From a bacterium (lineage in GTDB: Bacteria; Zhuqueibacterota; Zhuqueibacteria; Residuimicrobiales; Krinioviventaceae), in the NCBI GenBank assembly GCA_963674595.2, contig CAXXFV010000016.1:128001-192000 (forward strand): a DNA stretch of 64,000 nt, written 5' to 3'. Within the stretch, counting starts at the first letter, position 1; each line of letters begins with the position of its first letter. Below are positions 60,238-64,000 of the stretch, piece after piece. The position numbers and the translations under genes were made by a program. Below the pieces are notes generated by a model that saw nothing but the letters and a program-made list of their open reading frames with translations, did no database searches and was not told the DNA's origin.

Positions 60238-60747
60238 TTACCAGTTGATAATATTTTTCAAAAAAACACGTTCACCGTTTAATTGTTTGCCGGTAATTTG
60301 TTGAAACGCCAGGTTTAATTTAATTAAATTTTTCGATATTAAAAGTTCATCAAGCATGTGCTCATAACTTGCTGATTCAAAATCTGTGTTTAAAAAATTA
60401 AGGTCGCATGACCTTTTTATTGTTTTCTCTTCAGAGTCATAAAGAATAAGGCCATGGGTCCTGCAAATAATGGGTCTGACAGGGTATATTTGACAGGATT
60501 TTTGGTGCAGGAAAACACAATATCCCGGATCGTTATTTTTTATTTCCAGTTCGTTTTGAGTAAGGTATTCTTCAATAATAAATGCTTCCAAAGGCACAAC
60601 TGTTTCAAGCCGGCAGCATTCGGCACAGCCTTTAGAACATTTCATGTCATTATTATATGTACGATAAACACGTTGGAACAAAGCATCACAATAGGCTGTT
60701 AGCTGATTATAATTGCTAACCAAAGTTTTAAGTTGATTTGTATTCAT
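60238..60747 (-). CDS. YkgJ-family cysteine-cluster (Zn or Fe-S) protein
   Basis: 'CSKGCAECC', 'CVFL...CQIYPVRPIICR'. Confidence 0.85.
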   Translation of the reverse strand: MNTNQLKTLVSNYNQLTAYCDALFQRVYRTYNNDMKCSKGCAECCRLETVVPLEAFIIEEYLTQNELEIKNNDPGYCVFLHQKSCQIYPVRPIICRTHGLILYDSEEKTIKRSCDLNFLNTDFESASYEHMLDELLISKNLIKLNLAFQQITGKQLNGERVFLKNIINW

Positions 60748-60874
60748 TTGTTCTCCATATTAAGAAATATAAATAAATTTGATATGTAATCAAAACGATT
60801 TTACTGTTTTTGCTGATTGCAGTGTTGTGACTTTTGGTAAAAAGTTAATTCCGATATTCTAAGGAGAATATAAT

Positions 60875-61141
60875 ATGATTAAAGTTGAAAAGCCTGCTCA
60901 ACAGACATTGGATGAATTGGGCGTTGAAAACTGGCCTGTTTGGGAAAAAGAAATTTCTGAATTTCCATGGTACTATGATGAAAAAGAGGTCTGTTATATA
61001 TTGGAAGGACATGTTTATGTAACGCCCAAAGGGGGAGAAGCGGTTGAAATTCAGGCAGGTGATTTGGTAGAGTTCCCTCAGGGAATGCACTGTACCTGGA
61101 AAATTGTCAAAAACATTCGCAAACATTATCAATTCGGTTAG
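60875..61141 (+). CDS. Cupin (DUF861/EutQ-like) protein
   Basis: 'WPVWEKEISEFPWYY..KEVCYILEG...GDLVEFPQG..CTW....RKHY'. Confidence 0.88.
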   Translation: MIKVEKPAQQTLDELGVENWPVWEKEISEFPWYYDEKEVCYILEGHVYVTPKGGEAVEIQAGDLVEFPQGMHCTWKIVKNIRKHYQFG

Positions 61142-61144
61142 TTT

Positions 61145-61951
61145 ATGGATATAATGAATGAATTAACTCCCAAACGGTTTAATGATATAGATGATATGCT
61201 GGCGTTTGTGAGTATTTATGATGATGAAAATCGGTTGAAAAGTTATAAAAAGTTACTTGGAGACAACCGGTCTGAAATTAAAGGCAAGGTATGCGTGGAA
61301 GCCGGATGTGGATTCGGAATCCTTTCAGAATACATGGCAAATTTAGGAGCGGAAAAAGTCTATGCTGTTGAGGCAAATCCTTTGCTTTATGAGCTTGCTT
61401 TGGAACGTTTGCAAAAATATCCAAATGTAACCGTTGTTCACTCGGATATCCGTGATTTTCAACCCGACCAACCCATAGATGTTTTATTGCAGGAACTTTA
61501 TGGGCAGTTGTTATATGATGAAGATATATATGTCCTTGATGAGTTGAAATTTGCCCCGAAACAGGTCTTTCCAAACCAGGCTGTATTAATGGGAGGATTG
61601 GCTGACTCTGCGGATTTTGTGGATGAATGTGTTACTCTTTCTGTTTTGGAAAAATTAGAAGATTGTTTGGTTTCAGGTTTATTTGATGATGAGGATGTAA
61701 AACTTTTATTCCCTGTCATTAATTGGAAATATAAAATTTCAAACTTTGAATGTCAGTGCGATCTTGCCGGTAAAAAAGGTGATTTATTATATTTCGGATT
61801 ACAAATATACCACAATGATCAATTTATCTGTCAGGCCGGTGAATGTCATAACTGGTCACTTGTCTGGACCCCAAGAGCAGGTGATAAATTTTCATTACGT
61901 TTTCATCCCCAAAAGCGCGGCACAGATGTTTTATTTGAATGGCTCAGGTAA
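61145..61951 (+). CDS. Class I SAM-dependent methyltransferase, PRMT-like
   Basis: 'VEAGCGFGILS', 'GAEKVYAVEAN', 'DVLLQELYGQLLYDE'. Confidence 0.75.
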   Translation: MDIMNELTPKRFNDIDDMLAFVSIYDDENRLKSYKKLLGDNRSEIKGKVCVEAGCGFGILSEYMANLGAEKVYAVEANPLLYELALERLQKYPNVTVVHSDIRDFQPDQPIDVLLQELYGQLLYDEDIYVLDELKFAPKQVFPNQAVLMGGLADSADFVDECVTLSVLEKLEDCLVSGLFDDEDVKLLFPVINWKYKISNFECQCDLAGKKGDLLYFGLQIYHNDQFICQAGECHNWSLVWTPRAGDKFSLRFHPQKRGTDVLFEWLR

Positions 61952-62172
61952 ACATGTTTTTATTAAAACTCATATTATTGTGTTTATTTGGAAAAAGATA
62001 GAATTTTATCAACCATGTCTTGATATTTAAATATTTATCCAATATATTTAAAAAGCTGCTCTGATTTTGGTTTTTCATGGCAAAAAGATCGAATTTTCAT
62101 TTTGACACAATTGTTAAAATGAAACCGGATACCATTGTTGGCAAGTTTATATTGTGCGAATCGAGCTTTTAG

Positions 62173-64000
62173 ATGAATAATCATGAAAAAAAAATGAATC
62201 GGGGAAAAACGGACCTGGAAATGATTAGTAGCATATCCGGCCTATTTGTAGAAAAAAAGGATCCAACCGAGTTATTCCCAAAAGTTGCAAAGATTCTGTG
62301 TAAAGAATTTGATTGTTCTGCTTCCTTAATAGAACTAAAAGATGAAAAATCAAATGAAATGGTGCTGATCGGCCAATATGGATTTTCTTATAAAAGAAAA
62401 AATCCTTTTCGTGTGTCGATTGACAATACCTTTTCTGAAAAGGTTGTTAATACCGGAAAAGATTTTTTTACAACCCAGGGAGTAACAATAAATCCATCCC
62501 TTAAAACGTTATTTAAAGAATTGAAATTTAAAACACAGGCCAGTGTTGCTATAAAATCCGATAATAACGTCCTTGGAGTTATATCAATATTTGATTTAAC
62601 AGTAAAGCCGGAACTGGAAGAACGAATTGGATTGATGAAAATTGTATCGGTGTTTTTGGGGCAAGAGATCGTTCGCGGGGAAACAGAAAAGGCATTGAAA
62701 AAAAGTGAAACTTTTTTTCTTTCCTTTTTAGATCAGATACCGGCAGCTATTAAAATTAAAAACAGGAAACTTGAACACGTTTATGCCAACAAGTACTATT
62801 TAGAGATTTTAAATAAAACTCTGAATGAATTTATTGGGACCCGAAATATAGATTTTTATCCACCTAAAATGGCTAAACAGCTTGATGATAGGGATAAAGC
62901 AGCGCTTCTCAGGAGTGAAACTTTAAGCAGTGTTGTAGGCCCTTTTTTAATTAATGGAGAAGAACGATATTATGAGGATTACAAGTTTCCGCTAGAGTTG
63001 GCATCTGGTGAAATTATGAGTGGAACATTTGCTATCAATATTACCAATCGTAGAAAAGCCGAAGCTGCTTTGAGGGATAGCGAAGAAAAGTATCGAACAC
63101 TTTTTAACAATGCACCGATCGGCATTATTACTATTGATAAAGATGGTAATGTTTTGGAATTAAATGAAAAAATACTCGAAATTTTGGGATCACCTTCGGT
63201 TGAAGAAACAAAAAAAATTAATATATTGACTTTTCCCCCATTAGTAAAATCCGGTGTGTCCGAAGCTATTGAAAATTGTATAAAATCGGGTACATATACC
63301 GAATATGTACATGAGTATACTTCCAAGTGGGGGAAGAGAGTCTTTTTGTCCTACCACCTGGCACCGACTTTTGATTCCAAAGGAAAGATAAGTGGTGCAC
63401 AGGCTATTGTAGAAGATGGAACTAGACGAAAGTTGGCGGAAATTCAACTGGAAGAAAGTATTCAGCAACTTAAAATTAAGCAAGCTGAAACCGAAAAATT
63501 GATGGAAAATTTATCAACAGAGGTGGAGGAACGAAAAAAAACTGCCAAACAATTAGAGCAATATATAGCTACTTTAAACAGTATCTTTTTAGCCTCACCC
63601 ATTGGAATTGGTTTGGCTGTAAATCGCAAATTTATTAAAGTCAATAAAGCTATTTGTCGAATGTCCGGCTATACAGAAGATGAATTGTTGGGACAAAGTA
63701 CACGTGTCATTTATCCATCGTTGAACGAGTTTGAACTTGTCGGATATGAAAAATATAGGCAGCTTGAAGAAAAAGGAGCCGGATACCTGGAAACCAAATG
63801 GAAACACAAGGATGGTAAAATTATTGATGTTTTGTTATGTTCTTCACCGATTGATCAAAAAAACCTGGCAGAAGGGATTACTTTTACCGCTGTTGATATT
63901 ACTGAAAGAAAACAACAGGAAGAACAAATTACAAGTTCGCTTGCAGAAAAAGAGGTGCTATTAAAAGAAATTCATCACAGGGTTAAAAATAATCTGCAGA
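62173..64000 (+). CDS. GAF/multi-PAS sensor histidine kinase (HisKA_2 type), truncated by the window end
   Basis: Open frame from ATG 62173 (absent from the ORF track because it has no stop); PAS/PAC linkers 'SEEKYRTLF', 'DITERK'; ends 'LLKEIHHRVKNNLQ'. Confidence 0.85.
   Translation, partial: MNNHEKKMNRGKTDLEMISSISGLFVEKKDPTELFPKVAKILCKEFDCSASLIELKDEKSNEMVLIGQYGFSYKRKNPFRVSIDNTFSEKVVNTGKDFFTTQGVTINPSLKTLFKELKFKTQASVAIKSDNNVLGVISIFDLTVKPELEERIGLMKIVSVFLGQEIVRGETEKALKKSETFFLSFLDQIPAAIKIKNRKLEHVYANKYYLEILNKTLNEFIGTRNIDFYPPKMAKQLDDRDKAALLRSETLSSVVGPFLINGEERYYEDYKFPLELASGEIMSGTFAINITNRRKAEAALRDSEEKYRTLFNNAPIGIITIDKDGNVLELNEKILEILGSPSVEETKKINILTFPPLVKSGVSEAIENCIKSGTYTEYVHEYTSKWGKRVFLSYHLAPTFDSKGKISGAQAIVEDGTRRKLAEIQLEESIQQLKIKQAETEKLMENLSTEVEERKKTAKQLEQYIATLNSIFLASPIGIGLAVNRKFIKVNKAICRMSGYTEDELLGQSTRVIYPSLNEFELVGYEKYRQLEEKGAGYLETKWKHKDGKIIDVLLCSSPIDQKNLAEGITFTAVDITERKQQEEQITSSLAEKEVLLKEIHHRVKNNLQ

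Noticed and set aside
62186-62194. A9 tract at the start of the sensor kinase as a phase-variation switch
   Set aside because: Such runs are common in this AT-rich sequence, and an in-frame ATG follows immediately.
146-63964. Many short alternative-frame and antisense ORFs in the track (e.g. 24866-25225, 28009-28422, 49922-50515, 62979-63326)
   Set aside because: They lie within well-supported genes, lack motifs and SD sites, and look like codon-bias shadows.

Overview
A gene-dense, AT-rich bacterial chromosome segment. GWxTD, PorV-like and FlgD-Ig C-terminal-domain proteins suggest a diderm FCB-group lineage (KSB1/Calditrichota-like); this is inference. Left arm (+): a large repeat-rich secreted protein with two outer-membrane barrels, a resistance-type ABC-F protein, a FitA/VapC toxin-antitoxin pair, a URO-D-like/sodium:solute symporter module and a metal-uptake operon. 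Middle (-): about 28 kb of mostly housekeeping genes (folB, folK, msbA-like, purF, ftsY, rimO, purN, purH N-half, mreB, PBP1A, pdxS, pdxT, DinG). Right arm: a 2.8k-aa multidomain secreted esterase/adhesin, a stand-alone AICAR transformylase, a PRMT-like methyltransferase and a truncated sensor kinase. Best candidates for new biology: (1) a His-rich, membrane-targeted leader protein ending in a RAPP ribosome-arrest-type motif, ahead of a structured spacer and a metal-uptake operon that has no ATPase gene; (2) a UbiA-ferredoxin-geranylgeranyl reductase-CDP-alcohol transferase cluster resembling archaeal isoprenoid lipid genes; (3) a bacterial methyltransferase with a PRMT-style double-E loop. 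I saw no rRNA, tRNA, CRISPR array or transposase. All calls rest on motif recognition by eye, not database searches.
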